A stretch of 64,000 bases of DNA, from NCBI GenBank assembly GCA_964508365.1, contig CAZDTP010000002.1:92434-156433 (forward strand). The letters are read 5' to 3'. The first letter of the stretch is position 1; every line of letters starts with the position of its first letter. Positions 49,209 through 58,482 of this stretch are shown in pieces. The position numbers were made by a program, and so were the translations under genes. Under the pieces are notes generated by a model. That model searched no databases. It was not told the DNA's origin and saw nothing but the letters and a program-made list of their open reading frames with translations. The stretch is from an uncultured archaeon (lineage in GTDB: Archaea; Asgardarchaeota; Lokiarchaeia; Sigyniarchaeales; SOKP01).

Positions 49209-50762
49209 TTACCATCTCTTTTCAATTTTATCTTTTAGATACATCCCTGCAGCAATTCTGCCTCCAACAATTGTAGTTGAGAATCCTCCACCAAAATTAG
49301 TCCAAGCCCCTACTTGATAAAGCCCAGGAATTGATCCCCTACTCTTCAATCTCAATAATGGCCCATTCTCTACAGATTGGTCAGTTCCGTAAATTGCTCC
49401 TTCGATATTCTTTGAATAACGATAATAAGTCAGAGGCGTTGCTGCTACAGCCACCTCTATGTGATCTCTTATATCAGGGGAAATTGTTTGTTCAACTAAT
49501 GAGATCATTTTATCAGAAATTTCATCTTTCTTGCGAAAATATTGATCTGGCGCTATATTCTGCCATAGTTTTCCCATCTGGAGTGTTGTGAGAACCAACT
49601 GCGTAGTTCCAGGTGGTGATATATTCTCATAAATATGATTATAACAAGCCGCTACCATATATTCGGGAGGTTCTAATTTTCGAAAAGTCTCAAACGCATG
49701 ATTCATATCATAGGTAGAGTTGATAAAGGTCTCATGAGCGGTGAATCCTAACTCTTTATAGGGTGAATTCAATCCAATATATACAGAGAATCCTGAAGGT
49801 CCTATTTCAGGAGTGTAAATCTTTCTTTTATAGTCATCAGGTACAATTTCGGGAGGTAGCATTTTCATTGAGGTGCATATCGGATTCACATTTGATATCA
49901 CAGCTTTGCAAAGATATATATCCCCATTTAGTAGTTCAACTCCAATTACTCTTCCATTATCAACTAGTATTCTGTCTACTAAGGCATTATATCGTATTAC
50001 CCCACCAAATTTTTCGAAAGCATTCACAAGAGCACTTGTTAAGGAATGAGATCTGCCCATTGGAAACGCAGCACCCCATTTTAGGTAAAAAATTAACATA
50101 GCAACAAACACATATGCATTCATTCTGTCTGGTGGTAATCCAATATATCCCCATAGTTGAGATAATACTGTTATCAATTTCTTATCTGTAAAAAATCTTT
50201 CATATAACTCTGAAAGTGTTATCCCTGCTACCCTTGGAAGCCATGGATGTTCTTTTAATACATCACCAGGAGAATATTTTCCTCCTTTAGATGCTATATA
50301 TTCAATTCCAGCAAGTACCGCTTTACACACTTCCAGAAAGTCTTCTATTCCCTTCTGTTCATGGGGAAAAAGCTCAATAAGTTTATTCGTATAATCATCC
50401 ATTCCTAGAGGTAATGAAACATCATACCCATCAAGATAGACACTCCTATAAAATTCGGGTACTTGTTTAAATTTGAGCTTATCAGGAACAATTCCTAACT
50501 TTTCAAAAAATCTATAAAGTGCACCCCTGTTATCTTCTGAACCAATATCACTTAATTCGTGTAGCGCACCTTCAAATTCAAATCTACCCCGAACAAAAGA
50601 TGTAGCAAATCCCCCAGGTACGTTATGCTTTTCTAATAAAAGCACTTGTTCTCCTCGAGCTACAAGTTGACACGCTGCACCCAATCCGCCCAAACCTGCT
50701 CCAATTACAATAACAGGATAAGTTCCAATTACTCGATTTTGATCATATTTTGAAGTTATCAT
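49209..50762 (-). CDS. Phytoene-desaturase (CrtI)/retinol-saturase family FAD oxidoreductase
   Basis: VIGAGLGGL, EKHNVPGGFATSF, ATPLTYYRY...GAIYG, GLYQVG. Confidence 0.88.
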   Translation of the reverse strand: MITSKYDQNRVIGTYPVIVIGAGLGGLGAACQLVARGEQVLLLEKHNVPGGFATSFVRGRFEFEGALHELSDIGSEDNRGALYRFFEKLGIVPDKLKFKQVPEFYRSVYLDGYDVSLPLGMDDYTNKLIELFPHEQKGIEDFLEVCKAVLAGIEYIASKGGKYSPGDVLKEHPWLPRVAGITLSELYERFFTDKKLITVLSQLWGYIGLPPDRMNAYVFVAMLIFYLKWGAAFPMGRSHSLTSALVNAFEKFGGVIRYNALVDRILVDNGRVIGVELLNGDIYLCKAVISNVNPICTSMKMLPPEIVPDDYKRKIYTPEIGPSGFSVYIGLNSPYKELGFTAHETFINSTYDMNHAFETFRKLEPPEYMVAACYNHIYENISPPGTTQLVLTTLQMGKLWQNIAPDQYFRKKDEISDKMISLVEQTISPDIRDHIEVAVAATPLTYYRYSKNIEGAIYGTDQSVENGPLLRLKSRGSIPGLYQVGAWTNFGGGFSTTIVGGRIAAGMYLKDKIEKRW

Positions 50763-50838
50763 TATGCAATATCTTCTCTTTTGTAATAAAAAATTTACTA
50801 ATGCTAAGTCTTAGAACCATCAATTTTGGACAATTAAT

Positions 50839-51654
50839 TTATTTTCCAATAAATTTAGCTTCCCTTTTATCTTTTAAAGCCGACATTGCTTCTTTAAAAT
50901 CCTTGGAAGCAAAAGTTTTCCTAAGAGCTTTGTTTTCTAAGTCTAAAGTGTGAGAAAGTATATCTCGAAAATATGCATGCATCGTTTTTTTCATTAATTT
51001 TAATGATAAACTGGGACCCTTTGGTGGAATTAATCTTAAAGCTTGTTCCCTTGTATATTGCATTAGGTCATTGTTGGGTAGAACTTTATTTACCAATCCC
51101 AACTCAAGTGCTCGTTGAGATGTGACTTTTTCGCCGAAAAAACAAATCTCTTTTGCTCTTTGAAAACCTATAAGCAATGGTAAAAGAAATGTTGTAGCAA
51201 ATTCGGGAACTATCCCTCTTCTTGCAAAGAAAAACCCTAACCATGCATCTTCAGCCATAAATACTATGTCTCCTCCTGCTAAAGGCATTGTAACTCCTCC
51301 ACCGATTGCCATACCATTAATTGCAACAATTACAGGCTTTTGGAAATCCCACATCTTCAAGCAGAGTTTTTTTTGGGCTATATCCATTAGATCTATTTCA
51401 GGATATTTCTGCATTTTGTGAAACATTTCAGATTTGAAATAACCCCCAGATGTGAACGCCTCTCCTCTGGGATCTCCAGTTATAATCAGAACCTTTGCAT
51501 TTTTATCTTTTTCCATATCCTCAATGATATAATATAGTTCTAGAAATGTGATATATGTTACAGCATTTCTCCTTTCTGGCCTTGAAAAGGTTGCAGTACA
51601 AATACCGTTAGTTTCCTTTTCATATGCTATATCTTCGAAATCTTCAATTTTCAT
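50839..51654 (-). CDS. Enoyl-CoA hydratase/isomerase family protein
   Basis: RPERRNAV, VIVAINGMAIGGG, RRGIVPEFA, ELGLVNKV. Confidence 0.92.
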   Translation of the reverse strand: MKIEDFEDIAYEKETNGICTATFSRPERRNAVTYITFLELYYIIEDMEKDKNAKVLIITGDPRGEAFTSGGYFKSEMFHKMQKYPEIDLMDIAQKKLCLKMWDFQKPVIVAINGMAIGGGVTMPLAGGDIVFMAEDAWLGFFFARRGIVPEFATTFLLPLLIGFQRAKEICFFGEKVTSQRALELGLVNKVLPNNDLMQYTREQALRLIPPKGPSLSLKLMKKTMHAYFRDILSHTLDLENKALRKTFASKDFKEAMSALKDKREAKFIGK

Positions 51655-51898
51655 TTTTAGATCAGATACTATTAATTGTTTTAAAATTTAGGTTTAGAAT
51701 ATATAAAATATAAAAAATAAAAAAGATTTATAACTAATACTTTACTCTTCCCGTAACGCCTTTTTTTGAACCTTTCCAACTAAAGGATTTTTCTTAATTT
51801 TTTATTTTTGTTAATTTAACATTAAACCTTGATTCCTTTTATAGTTAAAACACTTTTTTGGCAAAATGAGGATTTGAAGATCACTCAAACTATAAAAG

Positions 51899-52954
51899 TT
51901 ATAACATTTTACCTAGTGTTATAGAAATTTTGTCAATACATAATTGGATATCTTCTTCATTTATTCCATAATGGGTGACAAAACGGATTTTTTGCTTTAT
52001 GTTAAAAGCCATAACACCCTGTTTGCTAAGATCAGATATTAACTCTGCCATCCCCATATTTTGAGGAAACTCGACCATTAATATATTAGTATCTGGTTCT
52101 TGCACTTTAAGAGGTAAATCCAAACCTTTAATACCCGCTGCTAGTAGTTTTGCATTTTTATGATCCTCGCTAAGTCTATTGATCCATTTAGGTTCTAGGG
52201 CAAGAAGTCCAAAAGCGGCTATAATACCAGCTTGACGCATTCCTCCTCCAAGCATTTTCCGAAACTTCCTTGCTTTAATAATAATTTCTTTGGAACCCGC
52301 TACAATAGATCCTACAGGACATGAGAGTCCTTTAGACAAACAGAACATTACACTGTCGGCATGCTTAGTAATTTCAGCTACAGGTACATTCAATCCAACT
52401 GCTGCGTTAAATATTCTTGCACCATCTAAGTGAAATTTCAGCTCATTATAGGATGCAAATTCTTTCATTCTCTTTAAAACATCAATACTTATTATTGCAC
52501 CACCATGGTAATTATGAGTATTCTCAGCACATAATAAGGATGATGGAGAATCATGTATATCCTCCCTATCTCTAATTAAAGATTGTAAGTATTCAAAGGA
52601 GGGAACTCCTTTATTAGAAGGATATGTTCTAATCATTAATCCTCCGATCCTTGCTGCACTCCCTACTTCATGACCATATATGTGGCTTAATTCCTCTAAT
52701 AATATTTCATCTCCAGGTTTTGTTTGCGAGAGTAGCGATACTAAATTGCCCTGAGTCCCCGAGGTGACAAAAAGTGCAGCCTCTTTTCCGATAAGTTTAG
52801 CAGCTTTTTCCTCTAATTCATTCACAGTTGGATCTTCCCCCATTACATCATCTCCAAGTTGAGAATTACCCATTGACTTCACATATTCCCACATTTCAGG
52901 AGATGGTTTGGTAACCGTATCAGATCGTAAATCAATTATTTTCATTCCAATCAA
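51899..52954 (-). CDS. ltaE: Low-specificity L-threonine aldolase
   Basis: DLRSDTVTKP, GDDVMGEDPT, SGTQGN, HLDGARIFNA, CLSKGLSCPVGS, GGGMRQAG. Confidence 0.94.
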   Translation of the reverse strand: MIGMKIIDLRSDTVTKPSPEMWEYVKSMGNSQLGDDVMGEDPTVNELEEKAAKLIGKEAALFVTSGTQGNLVSLLSQTKPGDEILLEELSHIYGHEVGSAARIGGLMIRTYPSNKGVPSFEYLQSLIRDREDIHDSPSSLLCAENTHNYHGGAIISIDVLKRMKEFASYNELKFHLDGARIFNAAVGLNVPVAEITKHADSVMFCLSKGLSCPVGSIVAGSKEIIIKARKFRKMLGGGMRQAGIIAAFGLLALEPKWINRLSEDHKNAKLLAAGIKGLDLPLKVQEPDTNILMVEFPQNMGMAELISDLSKQGVMAFNIKQKIRFVTHYGINEEDIQLCIDKISITLGKML

Positions 52955-53239
52955 ATCATATTAACTTTAAGCGTTGATAATTAATCATGCTACTAAAAAA
53001 TACTTAGAAAGATTATTGAAATATTAGTGAAGTTAAAATATTTAAAACATTAAAAAGCGTAAAATAGATTTATTTTATAGCTTAGAATATCCCTAATGTT
53101 CTTTAGATTTATTTAATAATACTAAAAAAGTTTTTATAATGGTTCGAATTAGTTGATTTAATTTTAATATTACCCTAAAAATTATAGAGTTAAAATACTA
53201 ATATCTTTATAATTTATATCACAATTTATCAGATTAATA

Positions 53240-54724
53240 ATGCCTAAAGATTTATTTAGAACAAGATTAGATACTCCGCTTGATAAAAAGGCCTTGAAGT
53301 TTATTTCATCTTTAAAAGAGGATTTATGGATTGCTGAAGAAGATATTATAGGGACTGAAGTGCATGACATTATGCTATTTGAACAAAATTTGCTTACTAA
53401 AAGTGAAATTAAAATGATCCTAACTTCCCTTGAAGATATAAGAGAAAAATTATTGACTAATCAGATTGAATTAAACGAAAATTTTGAAGATATTCATCCT
53501 TTTATAGAACAGAGCGTTATTGATAAGATTGGTATTGAAATAGGTGGAAAAATACATACAGGCAGATCGAGAAATGATCAAATCTCAGTTGATTTAAGGT
53601 TAAAAATAAGAAAGGAATTAAATAATTTCACTAAAGAATTATTCACGTTATTTGATATTTTGCTTGATGTTTCTAAGAAAAACATTGATACTTATATGCC
53701 ATTATATACTCATCTGCAAAAAGGGCAATTAGGAGTATTTTCACATTATATCAATAACTATCTTGCTCAACTTTTAAGATCTCTTGAAAGGATAGAAGAA
53801 ATTTATAAACGAGTTAATAAGAATCCTCTTGGAGCATGTGCTATTGGAGGGACAAGTATTAGTATCGATAGGCTTCGAACCGCAGAGCTTTTAGGTTTTG
53901 ATGGAATTGTATATAATTCTATTGATGCTGTTAGTTCGCGAGATTATATATATGAAACTATAATGGGACTTTCTTCATTAGCAATTCAATTTTCAAGAAT
54001 AGCAGAAGATTTGATTATTTGGTCCACAAGTGAGTTTAATTTTATTGAGTTAGATAATGCTTACTGTTCAGTTTCAAGTGTTATGCCTCAAAAGAAAAAC
54101 CCAGATACACTGGAATTAATTAGGAGTAAGAGTTCTAAAATCGTGTCAAACCTATTCAATGCCTTAATGGTCGTTAAATCAATTCCAACGGGATATTTCA
54201 GGGATTTTCAAGACTTGAAACCATTATTAAAAAGTTCATTCGAGTTACTTTTTTCGATAATTGAAATGTTTAAGGGTATATTTTCAACTTTAACAATTAA
54301 TAAAGAAAACCTGAGTAAGGTTGTTAATGAGAGTTTCATTCTGGCTTTAGATTTAGCTGAACTATTAGTTCAAAAATATAACATCCCTTTTAGACAATCG
54401 CATAAAATTGTCGCACTTTTAGTAAAAAATTCAGAAAAGCCAGGAGATATGCTAAATAAAGAAAAAATTGAGAAATATATTTTTGACGTAATAAATAAAG
54501 AAACTAAAATATCCGAAAACTTAATTCAAACATTAGGAAATTTAGATCTTTGTTTAGAAAGAAGAACTAGTCAAGGTTCTCCAGCTAAGAAAGAAGTCAA
54601 ACTTAACATTCATGAGTTGATAAAAAATAAAGAAGCATTACACAATTTGTTTTTAAAAAGACTAGAAATGATAAGGAATGCTAAGATTCCTAGGGAGAAA
54701 ATAATTAAAAATCTCCTCTCCTGA
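53240..54724 (+). CDS. argH: Argininosuccinate lyase
   Basis: EDIH, HTGRSRNDQ, SSVMPQKKNPD, PFRQSH. Confidence 0.95.
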   Translation: MPKDLFRTRLDTPLDKKALKFISSLKEDLWIAEEDIIGTEVHDIMLFEQNLLTKSEIKMILTSLEDIREKLLTNQIELNENFEDIHPFIEQSVIDKIGIEIGGKIHTGRSRNDQISVDLRLKIRKELNNFTKELFTLFDILLDVSKKNIDTYMPLYTHLQKGQLGVFSHYINNYLAQLLRSLERIEEIYKRVNKNPLGACAIGGTSISIDRLRTAELLGFDGIVYNSIDAVSSRDYIYETIMGLSSLAIQFSRIAEDLIIWSTSEFNFIELDNAYCSVSSVMPQKKNPDTLELIRSKSSKIVSNLFNALMVVKSIPTGYFRDFQDLKPLLKSSFELLFSIIEMFKGIFSTLTINKENLSKVVNESFILALDLAELLVQKYNIPFRQSHKIVALLVKNSEKPGDMLNKEKIEKYIFDVINKETKISENLIQTLGNLDLCLERRTSQGSPAKKEVKLNIHELIKNKEALHNLFLKRLEMIRNAKIPREKIIKNLLS

Positions 54725-54732
54725 AGAATGAA

Positions 54733-54753
54733 TTATTGAAAATTGTTCAATAA
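54733..54753. promoter_or_regulatory. 8-bp perfect inverted repeat just after argH stop
   Basis: TTATTGAA-aattg-TTCAATAA; terminator or operator, undecided. Confidence 0.3.
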
Positions 54754-54863
54754 AAAACAGTAAGTTTATATTGAAATAAGAAACACTTTAAAAAATGTTT
54801 AATTAAAACTTATTTTTTACTCGTGTTATTTAGAGATAATAAAAAATATTAAAATTCGTTTAA

Positions 54864-54871
54864 TTTATATA
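54864..54871 (+). promoter_or_regulatory. Candidate TATA box of the argJ operon leader
   Basis: TTTATATA upstream of the leader ORFs; the region is AT-rich, so weak. Confidence 0.3.
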
Positions 54872-54944
54872 GCCTCACTACTATATTTTAATAATATTGC
54901 GTTGGTGTTATGAATGTTGATCTTATTTGATCCTCATTTGAATA

Positions 54945-55067
54945 ATGAAATTGTATGTATACAATTTCCAAAAGCACCGCACAATCCGAGTCCGGCACGG
55001 CACCGGCTTTAATTCTATAATAAAAATAAGAATTGAAGTGACATTCTTCTTTCTTCACTTCTTCTAA
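54945..55067 (+). promoter_or_regulatory. Candidate 40-aa leader peptide (uORF) with clustered Arg codons upstream of argJ
   Basis: MKLYVYNFQKHRTIRVRHGTGFNSIIKIRIEVTFFFLHFF*; Arg codons CGC, CGA, CGG within 6 codons (54978..54995), plus AGA. Confidence 0.55.
54947..54968. promoter_or_regulatory. 22-bp palindrome, candidate operator
   Basis: GAAATTGTAT-GT-ATACAATTTC, perfect 10-bp arms. Confidence 0.5.
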
Positions 55068-55081
55068 TTTATTATTTTTTT
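55035..55081 (+). terminator. Hairpin plus oligo-T tract, candidate attenuator terminator
   Basis: GAAGTGA (55035-41) pairs with TCACTTC (55055-61); T7 run at 55075-81; 42 nt before argJ ATG. Confidence 0.45.
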
Positions 55082-55123
55082 ATAAGAGGTAATTAAAATA
55101 AAAATCATAAAGAGTTTTAAGAA

Positions 55124-56365
55124 ATGGAAATAAAGAACGCAGGAATAAAGAAATTAAATGGAAGTATTACAAGCCCAAAGGGATATCACGCTACTGGTAG
55201 CCATATTGGAATTAAAGAATGCAAGAAAGATTTAGCATTAATTTATAGTGAAGTTCCAACTAAGGCAGTTGGTGTTTTTACATCGAATGTTGTTAAGGCA
55301 TCCTCAATTTTATGGAATCAGAACCTTATTCAAAATCAAAATGGGGTAAGAGCAATTGTTATTAATAGCGGAAATGCAAATGCTTGTACAGGAGAGGTTG
55401 GGGCTAAACATACAGAATTAATGGCAACTGAGTTAGCATCTTGCTTGGGGGTGAATAAAAATCAAGTTCTGGTAGCATCTACTGGAATAATTGGGGTTCC
55501 TCTCCCAATTGATATTATAGTTGCTGGAATTAATAATACGTATGAAAAATTGGGAAATACTAACTTAGATGCAAATTTGGCTGCCGAGGCAATTATGACT
55601 ACTGATACTCATCCAAAACAAATTTCAGTTGAGTTTACAATCGATAATAAGAAAATTAGAATTGGAGGTATAGCTAAAGGTTCTGGAATGATTCATCCAA
55701 ATATGGCAACTATGCTTTCCTTCATTACTACAGATATCAACATTTCAAGAGAGTTATTAAATAAAGCTCTGAAAAAAAGTGTTGATGATTCATATAATAT
55801 GATCTCTGTAGATGGTGATACAAGTACAAATGATTTAGTAATTCTATTAGCTAATGGACTGGGGGGAAATTCAGAAATTAAGGAAGAAAATGAGGAATAT
55901 TATATTTTTAAACAAGCACTCCATCACATTAATTTATTTTTAGCTCAAGAAATTGTAAGGGATGGAGAAGGAGCTAAAAAATTCATTGCTGTAAAAGTTA
56001 CCGGTGCAGCATCAAAAAAAGATGCAAAACTCTTGAGTAAATCAGTAGTTACTTCAAATTTAGTAAAAACTGCTTTTTTTGGAGAAGATGCTAATTGGGG
56101 TAGGATTCTAGCTGCTATGGGATATTCTGGAGCAAATTTTAACCCCACAGGAGTTTCAATCAAATTTCATAATGATTCACATTCGATTATACTCATACAA
56201 GATGGAACACCTCTACAATTTGATGAAGAATTAGCTTTAAAAATTCTAAAAGAAAATGAAATTACGGTCGAATTATTATTGAAAGAGGGTATTGGTGAAG
56301 CAATCGCGTGGGGCTGTGATTTAAGTTATGATTATGTACGGATTAATGGAGCTTATAGATCATAA
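55124..56365 (+). CDS. argJ: Bifunctional ornithine acetyltransferase/N-acetylglutamate synthase
   Basis: NSGNANACTG, IMTTDT, AKGSGMIHPNMATML, VDGDTSTND, GEDANWGR, WGCDLSYDYVRINGAYRS. Confidence 0.97.
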   Translation: MEIKNAGIKKLNGSITSPKGYHATGSHIGIKECKKDLALIYSEVPTKAVGVFTSNVVKASSILWNQNLIQNQNGVRAIVINSGNANACTGEVGAKHTELMATELASCLGVNKNQVLVASTGIIGVPLPIDIIVAGINNTYEKLGNTNLDANLAAEAIMTTDTHPKQISVEFTIDNKKIRIGGIAKGSGMIHPNMATMLSFITTDINISRELLNKALKKSVDDSYNMISVDGDTSTNDLVILLANGLGGNSEIKEENEEYYIFKQALHHINLFLAQEIVRDGEGAKKFIAVKVTGAASKKDAKLLSKSVVTSNLVKTAFFGEDANWGRILAAMGYSGANFNPTGVSIKFHNDSHSIILIQDGTPLQFDEELALKILKENEITVELLLKEGIGEAIAWGCDLSYDYVRINGAYRS

Positions 56366-56378
56366 GGAGGTATTTATC

Positions 56379-57239
56379 ATTATTGAAAAATTAAGACAAG
56401 CAGAAATTTTGGTTGAAGCACTCCAATTCATCAAAAAATTTTATGGAAAAACTATTATCATAAAATATGGAGGGAGTGCTATGAATGATAATGAACTTAA
56501 GAAGAGTTTTGCTGAAGATATTGTTTTCTTAAAATTGGTTGGTATAAATATCATAATAGTTCATGGAGGTGGACCTGTAATAAATAAAATGTTAAAAAAA
56601 TTAGGGATCGAGCCAAAATTTTTCAATGGATTCAGAATTACTGATGAGGAAACCATGGACATTGTTGAGATGGTATTAGCTGGAAAGGTTAATAAAGGTA
56701 TTGTTAACGATATTCAAACCCATGGCGTTGATGCAATTGGTGTATGCGGAAAAGATGGGAATTTATTACAAGCTGAGAAGAAATTAATTGATGGGAAAGA
56801 TTTAGGTTGTGTAGGAAAGATTATTAATGTAAATACTAATCTTCTCAAAGGAATGATAAAAGCCTCTCTTATTCCTGTAGTTGCTCCTATTGGTAAAGAT
56901 AACATAGGAAACACATACAATATAAATGCTGATGATGTAGCATTAGCAATTTCAAAGGCGTTAAACGCTGAAAAATTAGTATTTTTAACAGATGTATTAG
57001 GAGTGCTTAGAGTTGTTAATGATAACACATCTCTAATTACAGAGATGAATGTTGATCAAGCTTTATCTTATATAAAAGAGGGAGTAATCTCTAATGGAAT
57101 GATTCCAAAAGTAAAGAGCTGTATAGAAGCAGTTCATAGTGGTGTAAAATCAGTTCATATTATAGATGGTAGAATTGAACATAGTTTATTACTTGAAATA
57201 TTTACTCCTCATGGGATTGGTACGATGTTTAAAAAATAA
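56379..57239 (+). CDS. argB: Acetylglutamate kinase; probable ATT start at 56379 (alternative ATG 56346)
   Basis: IKYGGSAM, VHGGGP, NINAD, GMIPK, HSLLLEIFT. Confidence 0.95.
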   Translation: MIEKLRQAEILVEALQFIKKFYGKTIIIKYGGSAMNDNELKKSFAEDIVFLKLVGINIIIVHGGGPVINKMLKKLGIEPKFFNGFRITDEETMDIVEMVLAGKVNKGIVNDIQTHGVDAIGVCGKDGNLLQAEKKLIDGKDLGCVGKIINVNTNLLKGMIKASLIPVVAPIGKDNIGNTYNINADDVALAISKALNAEKLVFLTDVLGVLRVVNDNTSLITEMNVDQALSYIKEGVISNGMIPKVKSCIEAVHSGVKSVHIIDGRIEHSLLLEIFTPHGIGTMFKK

Positions 57240-57282
57240 GATTAAAAATAAAGAATGAAGATAAAAAAGGTTAATTAGAATT

Positions 57283-58473
57283 ATGAACGAATGGATTGAA
57301 AGGGGTACTAAGGTTATTATGAACACATATAGCCAGTTCCCTATTGTTTTAGAAAAGGGTAATGGGGTATATCTTTGGGATAGTGATGGAAAAAAGTATT
57401 TAGATTTTGTAGCAGGTATAGCTGTAAATGCACTTGGTTATAATGATAGTGATTATGTGAAAGAGATATCTACACAGTTAACAAAATTGCAGCATTGTTC
57501 AAATTTGTATTGGATGATTCCTTCAATTGAATTAAGTGAAATTTTAGTTCAAAATAGTTGTTTTGACAAGGTTTTTTACTGTAATAGCGGAGCAGAAGCG
57601 GTAGAAGCGGCAATAAAGTTAAGTAAGAAATATGGAAAGAAATTTCATGGAGAAAATTGCTATGAGATCATCACAATGAAAAAATCGTTTCATGGAAGAA
57701 CAATGGCGACTGTTACTGCGACAGGTCAAACTAAGTATCAAAAAGGATTTAATCCTTTATTGCCTGGATTTTCCTATGTAGAATTTAATAATTTTAATGA
57801 GTTAGAGAAAGCAGTCAATAAAAACACATGTGCAATTATTATTGAACCTATACAAGGAGAGGGAGGAATTCATCCTGCTGAGAAAATCTACTTAGAAAAA
57901 GTACGATCTCTCTGTGATAAAAATGACATTGTCCTTGTATTTGATGAAGTTCAATGTGGAATAGGAAGAACAGGTGAACTCTTTGCATATCAATTATTTG
58001 ATATAAAACCTGACGTGGTATCATTAGCGAAAGGATTAGGAGGTGGTTTTCCAATTGGAGCAATGTTGGCGACTCAAAAAAAAGCTGATGCTTTGCAACC
58101 AGGTGATCACGCATCTACATTTGGTGGGAATCCTTTAGCATGTACTGCAGGCAAAGTAGTTCTAAAGAAGTTATTATATGAAGGAGTTCTTGAAAATGTA
58201 CAAAAACAAGGGATTTATCTTAAATTAAAGTTAATAAAATTACAAGGAAAATATGAAATAATAACAGATGTAAGGGGGTATGGTTTAATGCTCGGTATTG
58301 AATTAAATTGCTCAGTGAAGGATATTGTTAAAGAATGTATAGAAAAAGGTCTGCTTTTATTAGGTGCTGGAGAAAATGTTATAAGATTTGTTCCACCACT
58401 GATTATTGGAAAAAAAGAGATTGATAAAGGGATAGGTATCTTGAATGAAGTATTACAACAATTTCAAAAGTAA
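57283..58473 (+). CDS. argD: Acetylornithine aminotransferase
   Basis: NSGAEAVEAAIK, SFHGRT, EPIQGEGG, FDEVQCG, LAKGLGGGFPIGA, TFGGNP. Confidence 0.93.
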   Translation: MNEWIERGTKVIMNTYSQFPIVLEKGNGVYLWDSDGKKYLDFVAGIAVNALGYNDSDYVKEISTQLTKLQHCSNLYWMIPSIELSEILVQNSCFDKVFYCNSGAEAVEAAIKLSKKYGKKFHGENCYEIITMKKSFHGRTMATVTATGQTKYQKGFNPLLPGFSYVEFNNFNELEKAVNKNTCAIIIEPIQGEGGIHPAEKIYLEKVRSLCDKNDIVLVFDEVQCGIGRTGELFAYQLFDIKPDVVSLAKGLGGGFPIGAMLATQKKADALQPGDHASTFGGNPLACTAGKVVLKKLLYEGVLENVQKQGIYLKLKLIKLQGKYEIITDVRGYGLMLGIELNCSVKDIVKECIEKGLLLLGAGENVIRFVPPLIIGKKEIDKGIGILNEVLQQFQK

Positions 58474-58482
58474 TTGAGATTT

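Noticed and set aside
54971-55010. tRNA fragment or riboswitch in the GC-rich patch upstream of argJ
   Set aside because: No cloverleaf, T-loop or recognisable aptamer; better explained by the CGN codons of the uORF, though an ncRNA is not excluded without an Rfam search.
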